IMG/VR virus record: IMGVR_UViG_3300042290_000544
Length of the DNA stretch: 64,000 nt
Source of the DNA: a virus
Reading direction: 5' to 3' (one strand)
The notes beneath the pieces were generated by a model that saw only the letters and a program-made list of their open reading frames with translations, did no database searches and was not told where the DNA came from. Positions within the stretch are counted from its first letter, which is position 1. Every line of letters starts with the position of its first letter. Below, piece by piece: positions 1 to 8,626 of this stretch. The position numbers were made by a program, and so were the translations under genes.

Positions 1-31
1 AGTCGTTGTTGGGTTTCTACTGTTTTAGTCA

Positions 32-1423
32 TTATGATTTATTGGCAACGTTATATTTGACTTTTCTGAAGATGCTTTCATCTGAACTAATGGCTCCAAT
101 AAGGTTCTGGAGCAATTCAAAGAGAACGTCTTTTTCAGCAGTTGTTGTAACCGGAATTTTGTTATCCAGTTTCTTAATCGCACGTGTAACAGTATTTAGT
201 TTAAGGCGGTCAAGGAGACCAAGACGGACAAGCATCTGCATATGGGCAAGTTCCTTTGCATCGTTATTAGAAGCAACATCCTCATTTACCTGCTCGGTGG
301 CATATTCCTTCTCTGCTTCCGGTTGGTCGTCGTAGAGGTCCTGAGTGTACTCAACATATGAATGAACGTCATCCATTTGATCACGCGCACTTGTAATTTT
401 TGCTTGGATCCAGGCTTCCAGTTCATCCTCATCATCCATTGAATCGGCAAGGTCCTTGGCCATATCGGCAATCTTAAGGAGCTGTCCCTTGGCCATAATG
501 ATTTCCTCTTGATCGTCGTCATGCTCGGCTTCCTCATTTACTGAACCTTCGCCAGCCTTCAGCTTGCTTACCATATCTAAATGGAATTTCTGAGCAGCAG
601 TATCACCACGTTTACCGGCATTCACTGCCATCTGTGAATGTTTTGTGATTTTAAGGTTTAGTTTCTCATCGGCTGCTTCGGCTGCCATTTCCACGGCTTC
701 CTTGAGCCCCTGTTTCACAAGGCGATGTGCCATAAACTTGTGAAGTGTTGACGAACGATTATGGCTTTTTGCCATAGCCTCAAGTGGCTTCAATTCGCTT
801 GCTTCACCACCCGATTTAATATGGGCCGCAATCTTCTTTTCATACGCCGATGCAGCTTTTGCGTGTGCATCGGAAGCGCGGACGTGCGTTGAGATTGACG
901 GGTTCAGTTTGGCTTTCTGAGAGAACTTAGCAGCCTTGACTCCGTGTGCCGATTCATCAAGACTTTCCTCGGTGCCTTCTTTAACACCTTCTTTTGGTAC
1001 GCAGTTTGGAACCTTTCTGCCATTCTTCATCTTCATTCCGATTGCTTCATAACCCTTCCAGCACGCATTTTCAAGGTCCTCTTCCATACGAGTGACGGGC
1101 TTCTTTGCATTTTCTGCATCCCGGTTTTTGGCAACTTCAAACTTAGCATCCATGTGTTTATGGAACGCATCATTGTCACCGGCAGCCTTTGCTGCTTGAG
1201 CTGCTGCGTGATGCTTGGCCATATCTTCGGCTGAACCTTCTTTTACAAGATTCTTGTAGAGCCCACCCGGACCAGCTAAACTCTTTTTCTTGGCTGGCTT
1301 CTTCCATTTAGAATCAAATTCTGATTTGGACATTGCACCTGCATTGACGCGTGCCATGTCTGAGCTCTTTTTCTTTGAGGCTTCTTCTAAGTTAGATTCG
1401 CGGATTTGTTTGATGCTTTTCAT
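32..1423 (-). CDS. Putative internal head protein (low complexity, Glu/Lys/His-rich)
   Basis: 463-aa ORF. N-terminus MKSIKQIRE; many L/V-x-E motifs resembling gp21 cleavage sites; CWKGY..GMK.K.GRKVPNCVP motif typical of T4-like phage hypotheticals. Confidence 0.6.
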   Translation of the reverse strand: MKSIKQIRESNLEEASKKKSSDMARVNAGAMSKSEFDSKWKKPAKKKSLAGPGGLYKNLVKEGSAEDMAKHHAAAQAAKAAGDNDAFHKHMDAKFEVAKNRDAENAKKPVTRMEEDLENACWKGYEAIGMKMKNGRKVPNCVPKEGVKEGTEESLDESAHGVKAAKFSQKAKLNPSISTHVRASDAHAKAASAYEKKIAAHIKSGGEASELKPLEAMAKSHNRSSTLHKFMAHRLVKQGLKEAVEMAAEAADEKLNLKITKHSQMAVNAGKRGDTAAQKFHLDMVSKLKAGEGSVNEEAEHDDDQEEIIMAKGQLLKIADMAKDLADSMDDEDELEAWIQAKITSARDQMDDVHSYVEYTQDLYDDQPEAEKEYATEQVNEDVASNNDAKELAHMQMLVRLGLLDRLKLNTVTRAIKKLDNKIPVTTTAEKDVLFELLQNLIGAISSDESIFRKVKYNVANKS

Positions 1424-2325
1424 GATTGTTTACGGAATTTGCTTAATGGAATACCTTGACTCGATGGTATTCTAATTTTTGGTTGATAGATTGGAAATGC
1501 TTTTTCTTCTAATTTCTGGTCTTCCTGAATGATGACCTTTTTCTCGACAAGCTCCACGGCATTCAGCCATTTACGGACCTTCTTGCCATCCGTGAGTTCG
1601 ACAATAAGATAATTGGATCCACAGTGAGTAATCTTGCCAACCTCTTCGGATTCCTTAATGACAACATCGTCGCCAATTTCAAAGAGTTCTCCAGACACAT
1701 ATGCTTCTCTACGGTCGCCAACGGATTCCAGCTGGATGTGTTTACGGAAGTTGCGTGATTCCTTGAGGCCAAGCCCATTACGGACGGCATTAAAATAATC
1801 TTCGCATTCCGCAAAGTCGGCTGGAAGCCCCTTTGAAAAGGTCTCAAGGTCATTTGCAATCGCAGCAGCACGTAATTTTGATTCCGAAAGGATATTGTTG
1901 CATTCTGTTGCCGCAACAACCTTGACGCCACCTTTAAAGGTAAATGCAAAACCATTATAGCTATCGAGGAGTGCTTGGTACTCAACCACTCTGTCGGCAG
2001 GAGCAACCATGGTGGCACCAGTAAATCCTTGTTCAAACAGTTTTGTGCAGATGGCAAGAGGACCATCAACATCATCGCTCATAATGTTCCGAGCATATTT
2101 CGGAGACATTTTGCGCATCCACTTCACCTTTTCTTCAAGCTTGAGCGGATTGTTCTTTTGGTCATCGACATGAGAAGTATAGATGCGATATGTTTTACCG
2201 TTCGCAATCTTTGCTACATTCTCAATGAGGTCTTCACTCTCGATCGTGGGCGGATTAAATTTGCCAAAGGTAAAAACAACTTCCTTTGTCACCGACTCAC
2301 TTACAAATTGTATAAAGGACTTCAT
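1420..2325 (-). CDS. Cytidylyltransferase-like (HxGH family) protein with degenerate active site
   Basis: FTFGKFNPPTIESE (canonical FGRFNPPTxGH), KNNPL and SESKLR motifs; N-terminus MKSFIQFVSE. Confidence 0.75.
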   Translation of the reverse strand: MKSFIQFVSESVTKEVVFTFGKFNPPTIESEDLIENVAKIANGKTYRIYTSHVDDQKNNPLKLEEKVKWMRKMSPKYARNIMSDDVDGPLAICTKLFEQGFTGATMVAPADRVVEYQALLDSYNGFAFTFKGGVKVVAATECNNILSESKLRAAAIANDLETFSKGLPADFAECEDYFNAVRNGLGLKESRNFRKHIQLESVGDRREAYVSGELFEIGDDVVIKESEEVGKITHCGSNYLIVELTDGKKVRKWLNAVELVEKKVIIQEDQKLEEKAFPIYQPKIRIPSSQGIPLSKFRKQS

Positions 2326-2327
2326 TA

Positions 2328-2780
2328 TTACTTAGAAGGCTTCTTTTTCAGACGGTTCCGCTTTTTTTCACGATCCTTATCCGCTAAACCGTGGAGAGTT
2401 TTAATAATCGCTAGCTCGCGGCTTCTTCCAACACTTACGTTATCCGTTTCTTCTTCGAGACCAAAGTGTTTTGCAACATGTCTATCGCCGTGGCGGTAGC
2501 GAAGAATATCACCGATCATTGCTCTTTTACCACCAACCTCAGCTGGAGTGTATTTTGAATGAACCCTACCTAGTGTTCCCTGATGAATCTTATGGACTTC
2601 ATCGGTGGATTTGCTCTTTAGGTTCTCGTGATCTTTCTTGATGTCGGCCTGTCTACGGGTATCAAGAGCATCATTCTCTTCATCCATAGGACGGCGCTTA
2701 CGCTTCATTGCGTTAAGGTCCTGCTGTTCTGATTCGCCGCCGGTATACTGTACTGGAGTAAAGTCTTTAAAGCTTAACAT
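2328..2780 (-). CDS. Hypothetical late protein, possible internal head protein
   Basis: 150-aa ORF starting MLSFKDF, downstream of a TATAAATA late promoter. Confidence 0.6.
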   Translation of the reverse strand: MLSFKDFTPVQYTGGESEQQDLNAMKRKRRPMDEENDALDTRRQADIKKDHENLKSKSTDEVHKIHQGTLGRVHSKYTPAEVGGKRAMIGDILRYRHGDRHVAKHFGLEEETDNVSVGRSRELAIIKTLHGLADKDREKKRNRLKKKPSK

Positions 2781-2841
2781 GATAGTTTCGAGTTTCCCAT
2801 AGGTAACAATGGAATTACTGTTACCCGTTTATGTAGAATAC

Positions 2842-2878
2842 TATTTATACATTGTCAATGCTTTCGGTTTTATAAATA
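2842..2878. promoter_or_regulatory. Divergent pair of T4-type late promoters
   Basis: TATAAATA on the minus strand at 2842-2849 and on the plus strand at 2871-2878; gp55 is encoded in the window. Confidence 0.8.
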
Positions 2879-2885
2879 TACCTGC

Positions 2886-3191
2886 ATGAAATACACTACA
2901 CTTCTTATCCTTGCAGTTATTACTGCTCTCCTCACCGGTTGCGGAACTGTTGATTCGGCGTACCAATCCACAAAGGGTATTGGTTCTGCTGCTATCGGCG
3001 GCGTAGGCAATATCGTCGGCAATGGCGCGTCGGATGCTTCCAAGACTCTTGGAGTCGCTTCTGAAGCCACCGGCAAAGTTGTTTCTGGCGCGGGTAGAGT
3101 TGTTGGCGGCGGTCTCGATCTTATTGGCGGCGTCGTAAAAGGCACCTCCGACATTATTGCTCCTTCGACACCAGCTCCAAAACAGTACTAA
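2886..3191 (+). CDS. Small lipoprotein
   Basis: Signal peptide with lipobox LLTG-C, then Gly/Val/Ala-rich amphipathic repeats. Confidence 0.75.
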   Translation: MKYTTLLILAVITALLTGCGTVDSAYQSTKGIGSAAIGGVGNIVGNGASDASKTLGVASEATGKVVSGAGRVVGGGLDLIGGVVKGTSDIIAPSTPAPKQY

Positions 3192-3219
3192 TCGTTTAGG
3201 TAAATCTTAACAACATTGA

Positions 3220-3245
3220 CCCCGGGAGCAATCTCGGGGTTATTT
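3220..3245 (+). terminator. Probable intrinsic terminator between convergent genes
   Basis: CCCCGGGA-GCAA-TCTCGGGG hairpin followed by TTATTT. Confidence 0.55.
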
Positions 3246-3947
3246 GTTTTCGTAAAAGCCGCGGTACAATTCGGTTTCTTCGGCTCCGATATTCTTTCTG
3301 AGGAATTCAAGTGCTGGGTCTCGGGTACCGTCGATACGATTGTGTCCGTTACCGTAACCACCACTGACTCCATACATACCTTTGATTCCGATAAGAGTTC
3401 TCTCGAAATCTTTGGGTTCATGGATCTTTTTACTTGCCTTCTTTATGTTCCAGAGGCGAACATCAACAAATGGGCACGTATCTTTTAAGATATTGGGCAT
3501 CTCGTGGAATAGATTGCGATTAAACGAGCTCTGACAGAGACTGCAATGGGTCATATTGCTATGGATCGACCACGTTCTTTTAAGCACATTGTAATAAAGA
3601 GCGCGACCCTCTCCGACTAGATCGTAGGTGCCCGAATTAAACCAGCCTATTGTTTTTTCAAGATAGTCCTTGGAATACCAGTCATCGTCCTCGATAATGA
3701 CCACGGCATCTCCCGTAATCATTTCCTGATGCTCAAATAGATTCCTTAACTTTAACACCAAACTCTGTTTTCCCTTGGTCTCGGGCGTATGGATATGCTG
3801 CTGACCGAGTGTGCAATTGACGGGCATTGTGCTATCGTCCAAGACAATCCATTGATGGTAAGGCACCGTCTGTCGAGCCATAAATCTTTCACAGAGTTTA
3901 AATGCTTCTTGACGGTTGCATGTGGGAGTCACGAGAGTAAGTTTCAT
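3240..3947 (-). CDS. Glycosyltransferase family 2 (GT-A fold)
   Basis: LVTPTCNR, WIVLDD and IIEDDDWY (DxD) motifs. Confidence 0.8.
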   Translation of the reverse strand: MKLTLVTPTCNRQEAFKLCERFMARQTVPYHQWIVLDDSTMPVNCTLGQQHIHTPETKGKQSLVLKLRNLFEHQEMITGDAVVIIEDDDWYSKDYLEKTIGWFNSGTYDLVGEGRALYYNVLKRTWSIHSNMTHCSLCQSSFNRNLFHEMPNILKDTCPFVDVRLWNIKKASKKIHEPKDFERTLIGIKGMYGVSGGYGNGHNRIDGTRDPALEFLRKNIGAEETELYRGFYENK

Positions 3948-3961
3948 AAATGGTTATTTAT

Positions 3962-3969
3962 TATAAATA
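3962..3969 (+). promoter_or_regulatory. Late promoter of the plus-strand three-gene operon
   Basis: TATAAATA 8 nt before the ATG at 3978; back-to-back AATAAATA on the minus strand (3955-3962) for the GT2 gene. Confidence 0.75.
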
Positions 3970-3977
3970 GAACATCC

Positions 3978-5201
3978 ATGTTTGAACTACTTTCACTCCA
4001 ATCTGTTGCCGATACGTACATCGATATGTTGTCGGAAGCAACGAATCCCAATCAGCTGACTCATATTCATCATCCGGAAGACCGACCGTTAATGCACGGC
4101 TCACAGGGATTTGAACATGCACACGCGGCTCTCATGCATGCGCACGAGCATATGAAGGCGAAGAAACATAGTTCCGACCTTACCATGAAGTATGACGGTT
4201 CTCCGTCATTGGTCTTCGGACATCATCCAGTCACCAAGAAATTCTTTGTTGCGACCAAGTCGGCTTTCAATAAGAATCCAAAATTAAACTATTCTGATTC
4301 CGACATTGAAAAGCATCATGGTCATGCTCCGGGCTTGGTCGGTAAGTTGAAACATGCTCTGAAGCATCTTCCAAAGGTTGCTCCAAAACAAGGCGTCTAT
4401 CAAGGCGACCTCATGCACACCCGTGAAGATCATAAACTGCATGAAGCAGTCTCATTCACTCCCAACACTATTACCTACACGGCACGCGGAGATGAAGAAA
4501 AAAAGGTAAAGAAATCTCATGTCGGTATCGTAGTGCACCAACAGTATCATCCGCATCCGAATAAGCCGGGCGTCGAGCATATGTCGGTGAGCCCGCATCC
4601 CGACACCCACAATTTTAAACAGCATCCCGACGTTCATCTCAAGACTGCCGAACACGATACAAGTAAAGTTGAATACGGTAAATCGGATCAAAGTGCGTTC
4701 CATAAACATATGGGAGCAGCCAAGGCAATTCACGACAAGCACGGCGCCTCAATGTACAAAGCAACCGCGCGGCACCAGGGCGAGGCAGGACATCTTTCAA
4801 CGTACATTAATCAGACCGTCCGTACCGGCGAGACGCCAAATGCACAGGGCTTCCAAAAGCATCTTATGGGTCATCATGCCAAACTGGCATCAAAGGTAAA
4901 GACTCCGGCTGCAGTTGCAAGACACCACGCAACCGGCGCCGAACATGTCTCCCACGTGTCGAAACACGCTGGACACTACAATAATCTTCTTTCAATGCAC
5001 AGTCATCTGGCTGCCGCAAAGAATACCCTTGTAAAGAACCTTGAGACCCATGAAGGCGGTCTGGAGCATCATATCGATGGTGCCAAGTCGAAGCCCGAAG
5101 GTTTTGTCGTGAATCACAAATTCAAGGGTAAGACTCATCCGACCAAACTGGTGAATCGTGCCGAATTTGCAAAAGCAAACTTTGCCAAAGTAAGAGGATG
5201 A
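3978..5201 (+). CDS. His-rich ligase-like covalent nucleotidyltransferase (DUF6267-like)
   Basis: Motifs TMKYDGS (I, KxDG), YQGDL (III-like), PEGFVV (IV), TKLVNR (V); start moved to ATG 3978, after the late promoter. Confidence 0.65.
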   Translation: MFELLSLQSVADTYIDMLSEATNPNQLTHIHHPEDRPLMHGSQGFEHAHAALMHAHEHMKAKKHSSDLTMKYDGSPSLVFGHHPVTKKFFVATKSAFNKNPKLNYSDSDIEKHHGHAPGLVGKLKHALKHLPKVAPKQGVYQGDLMHTREDHKLHEAVSFTPNTITYTARGDEEKKVKKSHVGIVVHQQYHPHPNKPGVEHMSVSPHPDTHNFKQHPDVHLKTAEHDTSKVEYGKSDQSAFHKHMGAAKAIHDKHGASMYKATARHQGEAGHLSTYINQTVRTGETPNAQGFQKHLMGHHAKLASKVKTPAAVARHHATGAEHVSHVSKHAGHYNNLLSMHSHLAAAKNTLVKNLETHEGGLEHHIDGAKSKPEGFVVNHKFKGKTHPTKLVNRAEFAKANFAKVRG

Positions 5202-5821
5202 AATCATTCCTTGAGTTTTTAGCCGAAGCAGGTGAACACGGAACACTTCATTCATTTGATGTGGACGAAACTCTATTCAAGACAAATGCAAAGGTGCACG
5301 TGATGCACGGAAATAAGCACGTTACATCCCTAAGCAATTCGGAATACAATACTCATAAATTGTCTCCTGGTCACCACTACGATTATAGCGAATTTCAAGA
5401 TTCTAAAAAGTTTCATGATGAATCGCATCCCATCCATAAGATGTTGGCCAAGGTAAAGGCGATTCATAATAACATTAGGAACTCTCCGCAGCATAAGATC
5501 ATTATCAATACCGCCAGAGGCGATATGAATGATAAGGAAAAGTACCTTGCTAAATTTAAAAAGCACGGTCTACCGATTCATGATATTCACGTAAACCGAG
5601 CAGGTAATGACAAGACTCCAGGTAGCGTTGCAGAAAGGAAAGCACGTGTAATCGACCATCATATCGCTCAACATAAATTTAAGAGTGTGCATGTGTACGA
5701 CGACGACACTAAGAATTTAGATCACTCTTTAGCTTTGGGTAAAAAGCATCCTAATACAAAAATTCACGCATGGCACGTGCAGCACAACGGAAGTATTAAG
5801 GCGTATCACGGAGCACAATAA
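5198..5821 (+). CDS. His-rich HAD-superfamily phosphatase
   Basis: FDVDETL (DxDxT), NTAR, a conserved K and YDDD motifs; N-terminus MKSFLEFLAE. Confidence 0.8.
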   Translation: MKSFLEFLAEAGEHGTLHSFDVDETLFKTNAKVHVMHGNKHVTSLSNSEYNTHKLSPGHHYDYSEFQDSKKFHDESHPIHKMLAKVKAIHNNIRNSPQHKIIINTARGDMNDKEKYLAKFKKHGLPIHDIHVNRAGNDKTPGSVAERKARVIDHHIAQHKFKSVHVYDDDTKNLDHSLALGKKHPNTKIHAWHVQHNGSIKAYHGAQ

Positions 5822-5823
5822 TT

Positions 5824-6444
5824 ATGCTATCATTCAAACAATTTGTCACTGAAGCCGCAGCAGCCGATTCGCACCATGTATTGGCATTCGGTCGTATGAA
5901 TCCTATTACCAACGGACACGAGACTGTGGTGAATAAGGTCCACGAAATTGCAAAGAAGCATAATGCCGGACACACCGTTGTGGTGTCTCACTCGCAGGAC
6001 GCAAAGAAGAATCCGCTCACAGGCGCACAGAAAGTAAAGCACGCCAAGCACGCTTTCCCGGGTACTAATGTTGTTGCTTCCAGTAAGGAAAGCCCAACGA
6101 TTCTGCATCACGCGGCTCATCTATCCGACAAAGGTGTAAAGCATCTACACGTGATTGTCGGTTCCGACCGCGCCAAGGAGATGCACGGTTTACTCCACAA
6201 GTACAATGGAAAGCCATCGGCTGGTGGACACAAGGGTTACAATTTTAAATCCATTACTGTACATTCTGCCGGACAACGTGATCCGGATGCAGAAGGTGTG
6301 AGTGGTATTTCAGCAAGCAAGATGCGCGCTCATGCTGCCGAGGGTAACAAGAAAGCCTTCCATGCAGGAGCACCCTCAAAAATGTCGGCTGATCATAAGG
6401 ACGCCATGTACCACGATGTCCGTAAGGGAATGGGTATTGGTTAA
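5824..6444 (+). CDS. His-rich cytidylyltransferase/NMNAT-like HxGH nucleotidyltransferase
   Basis: FGRMNPITNGH, VGSDR and ISASKMR motifs; N-terminus MLSFKQFVTE. Confidence 0.8.
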   Translation: MLSFKQFVTEAAAADSHHVLAFGRMNPITNGHETVVNKVHEIAKKHNAGHTVVVSHSQDAKKNPLTGAQKVKHAKHAFPGTNVVASSKESPTILHHAAHLSDKGVKHLHVIVGSDRAKEMHGLLHKYNGKPSAGGHKGYNFKSITVHSAGQRDPDAEGVSGISASKMRAHAAEGNKKAFHAGAPSKMSADHKDAMYHDVRKGMGIG

Positions 6445-7349
6445 AGCTGAGTTTTAAATGTTCTGCCGCCAGAGGGGTAAATCGAAACTCTGGCTCCTTT
6501 AATATCAAATTGGCTTCTATCGCCTTTATAAATCATTGCAAGTACAGGATCAAATCCGCCAGACGGTATATCGCCATGATAATGAACATGTCCGGTTGCA
6601 GTTAATCTAAAAACACCATTGGATAATTGTTCAAGACCCGGGTCGCCTTGTAATAAAACATCTACTTTATTTTCATTAATACCGCCCGTATCATAATTGA
6701 CGCCGAATACCGACATCATTTTTAGATTTTTATCTTTTATCGGCATATACGCGGATTCACCGTTAGGCATTTGTTCACCGTATAATGCCTTGCATTTTAC
6801 AGCAAATTGTTTAACCTCTGGATGAGCAGCAATTCTGTCTTCCGTAACTCCGCCCCATTGTTGAAAGTCTCTTGGGGTCGAACCTTTTTTATGTGAAATA
6901 TGCACAAGAGGTCTACCATTTGAGTCAGCTAAATGGAAATCACTTTTTGGTGTTCCATTTGTTTTAGCGACCTTACAGACTCCTTTAACAATTCTGTTTT
7001 TTAATTTAACAGTGATTGGACCGCCATTCGCCGTAACGGCGTTCAATACAGCAGTGGTTAATTTATTAATTGCATCCAGTTCGACATCAAGCCCGCCTGT
7101 TCTACCGTCGGCTTTAACGTAGATTTTTACATCTCCGACTATCACACCACCAATCGATGAGCCACTTAGATTTTTATTTACTTTTGCTCCTAAATTAGAA
7201 AGTGTCGTTGCAATATCTTCTAATTTTGCAATTCTATCACCGTTTACCATTACGGTTATTTTTGTACTGGTTACGTCCTTAACTTTAAATTTTTTCTTTT
7301 TAAGGATTTCAGCTATATCTTTTCCGGTAATTTTTAGGTCTTTAGCCAT
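6441..7349 (-). CDS. Hypothetical late protein, possible PD-(D/E)xK-like nuclease
   Basis: TPKSDF...ISHKK motif; own late promoter at 7358-7365; AT-rich. Confidence 0.45.
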   Translation of the reverse strand: MAKDLKITGKDIAEILKKKKFKVKDVTSTKITVMVNGDRIAKLEDIATTLSNLGAKVNKNLSGSSIGGVIVGDVKIYVKADGRTGGLDVELDAINKLTTAVLNAVTANGGPITVKLKNRIVKGVCKVAKTNGTPKSDFHLADSNGRPLVHISHKKGSTPRDFQQWGGVTEDRIAAHPEVKQFAVKCKALYGEQMPNGESAYMPIKDKNLKMMSVFGVNYDTGGINENKVDVLLQGDPGLEQLSNGVFRLTATGHVHYHGDIPSGGFDPVLAMIYKGDRSQFDIKGARVSIYPSGGRTFKTQL

Positions 7350-7357
7350 AGTACCTA

Positions 7358-7365
7358 TATTTATA
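7358..7365 (-). promoter_or_regulatory. Late promoter
   Basis: TATAAATA 8 nt upstream of the ATG at 7349. Confidence 0.7.
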
Positions 7366-7367
7366 GG

Positions 7368-7847
7368 TCAATAGTCTGGGTCCTTAGAGTACCACGGTTT
7401 CTTGTTGTACCGCTTGTCGGTCACAAACATTTCGTAGAGACCCACCTCGCGCCCATACGCATCAATTTCCCACGGTAGTTCCCAATAACTACCGACATTG
7501 ACGTGGTATTCTTTTCCCTTCCACTTAACGATAAAGCAATTGTCGGTATCGCACATTTCTCGTTTCACAAACTGTTTGACGTGGACGCACTCGTGAGCCA
7601 GTGCCCGTAGGACGCCGTGCATTTTCATGCTGGAATCAATTGTGATATTGAATTCTCGCGGCTTATCCCTGTCATCCTCCCAGATACAATCTGCTTTCAG
7701 CCCATCCTTCTTAAAGAGACCCTTACGCAGTTTGATCAGTAGCATGACTGAGTACGCTGGGATGAGGTCCTTGAGGTAATTGTTGGCGGCTTCTTTGACC
7801 AGCTTCTTTTGTAGCTTGGTACCGCCGGAGACGATGATTTCATTCAT
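7368..7847 (-). CDS. Zincin-like metallopeptidase
   Basis: LAHECVHVKQ (HExxH) with downstream PWEIDAY. Confidence 0.7.
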   Translation of the reverse strand: MNEIIVSGGTKLQKKLVKEAANNYLKDLIPAYSVMLLIKLRKGLFKKDGLKADCIWEDDRDKPREFNITIDSSMKMHGVLRALAHECVHVKQFVKREMCDTDNCFIVKWKGKEYHVNVGSYWELPWEIDAYGREVGLYEMFVTDKRYNKKPWYSKDPDY

Positions 7848-8362
7848 GGTAATGGTTTCCAGTTGATGGGAGACTTGGAATTGACGCGGAATACGGCATA
7901 CGTTCGACTAAAGAATTCCTTGGCGGTAATGCGTTCGGTGTGATAGACCCCTTGGTCCACTGTATGGAATATGATGTAGTCCTCCTCCGAGGTGACTATG
8001 ACGATGGCGGCATGAACCATATCCCTATTCACATTTCCGGGTACTCTTGCAGCAAGCTCGTCGGGTATTAGACCGATCCAGAAATAAGGCATACCGAAGT
8101 CCACATTGCAGTCAATGACATCGAGCCCCTTTGAGACCACATAGATGCACTGGAGTTTGGCAGTTGGCATCCGTTTGTTCCATGCTTCTATCGAAGCAAA
8201 GAATGTGGGAGCCGTTCGCCTATCCGGAACTAATTTCTGCACCCATTCCTTATAGGATACCGGTGCATCCATAAGGCCCGAAAGAGTCTGATAGGTGAGC
8301 GGTACACAGTCGTTGGCCCGTAGCGAACCAATAAGGAGTAGGATGCAGAGGGGGAGTCTCAT
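7844..8362 (-). CDS. Exported protein, possible papain/C39-like cysteine peptidase
   Basis: Hydrophobic signal peptide, NDCVP near the mature N-terminus, HAAIV strand. Confidence 0.4.
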   Translation of the reverse strand: MRLPLCILLLIGSLRANDCVPLTYQTLSGLMDAPVSYKEWVQKLVPDRRTAPTFFASIEAWNKRMPTAKLQCIYVVSKGLDVIDCNVDFGMPYFWIGLIPDELAARVPGNVNRDMVHAAIVIVTSEEDYIIFHTVDQGVYHTERITAKEFFSRTYAVFRVNSKSPINWKPLP

Positions 8363-8625
8363 ATTCCGTGTTCTTTACGCCAAAGGCCAAACAGACTTTG
8401 CGAGTCGAGCGGACTACAACCAATTCGATCGGGCATGCAAAGATCGATCCAGATACGAATATCCTCGGGAGTCATCTTCTCGTATGGTGAAAAGTCACAA
8501 AAGACGGTAGTACCGTTTTCATGAACGAAATCGTGCCAGAGTTTAGTGCAGTCACCATCGTCATGGCAGATCCATGGTTGGTACGACCAGCCCACGTGGC
8601 TATAAGTTTCAGTTGCGGTAATCAT
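8359..8625 (-). CDS. Hypothetical protein
   Basis: Tightly packed ORF; start placed at MITATE just after the upstream stop. Confidence 0.55.
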   Translation of the reverse strand: MITATETYSHVGWSYQPWICHDDGDCTKLWHDFVHENGTTVFCDFSPYEKMTPEDIRIWIDLCMPDRIGCSPLDSQSLFGLWRKEHGI

Positions 8626-8626
8626 T

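Noticed and set aside
2793-2825. H-type pseudoknot in the leader of 2328-2780 (loop UUCCA pairing with UGGGAA)
   Set aside because: The 9-bp hairpin is real, but only about 2 nt link it to the pairing partner, too short to span the stem.
3789-3977. Longer N-terminus for the ligase-like gene
   Set aside because: It overlaps the GT2 gene antisense and lies upstream of the late promoter; ATG 3978 is preferred.
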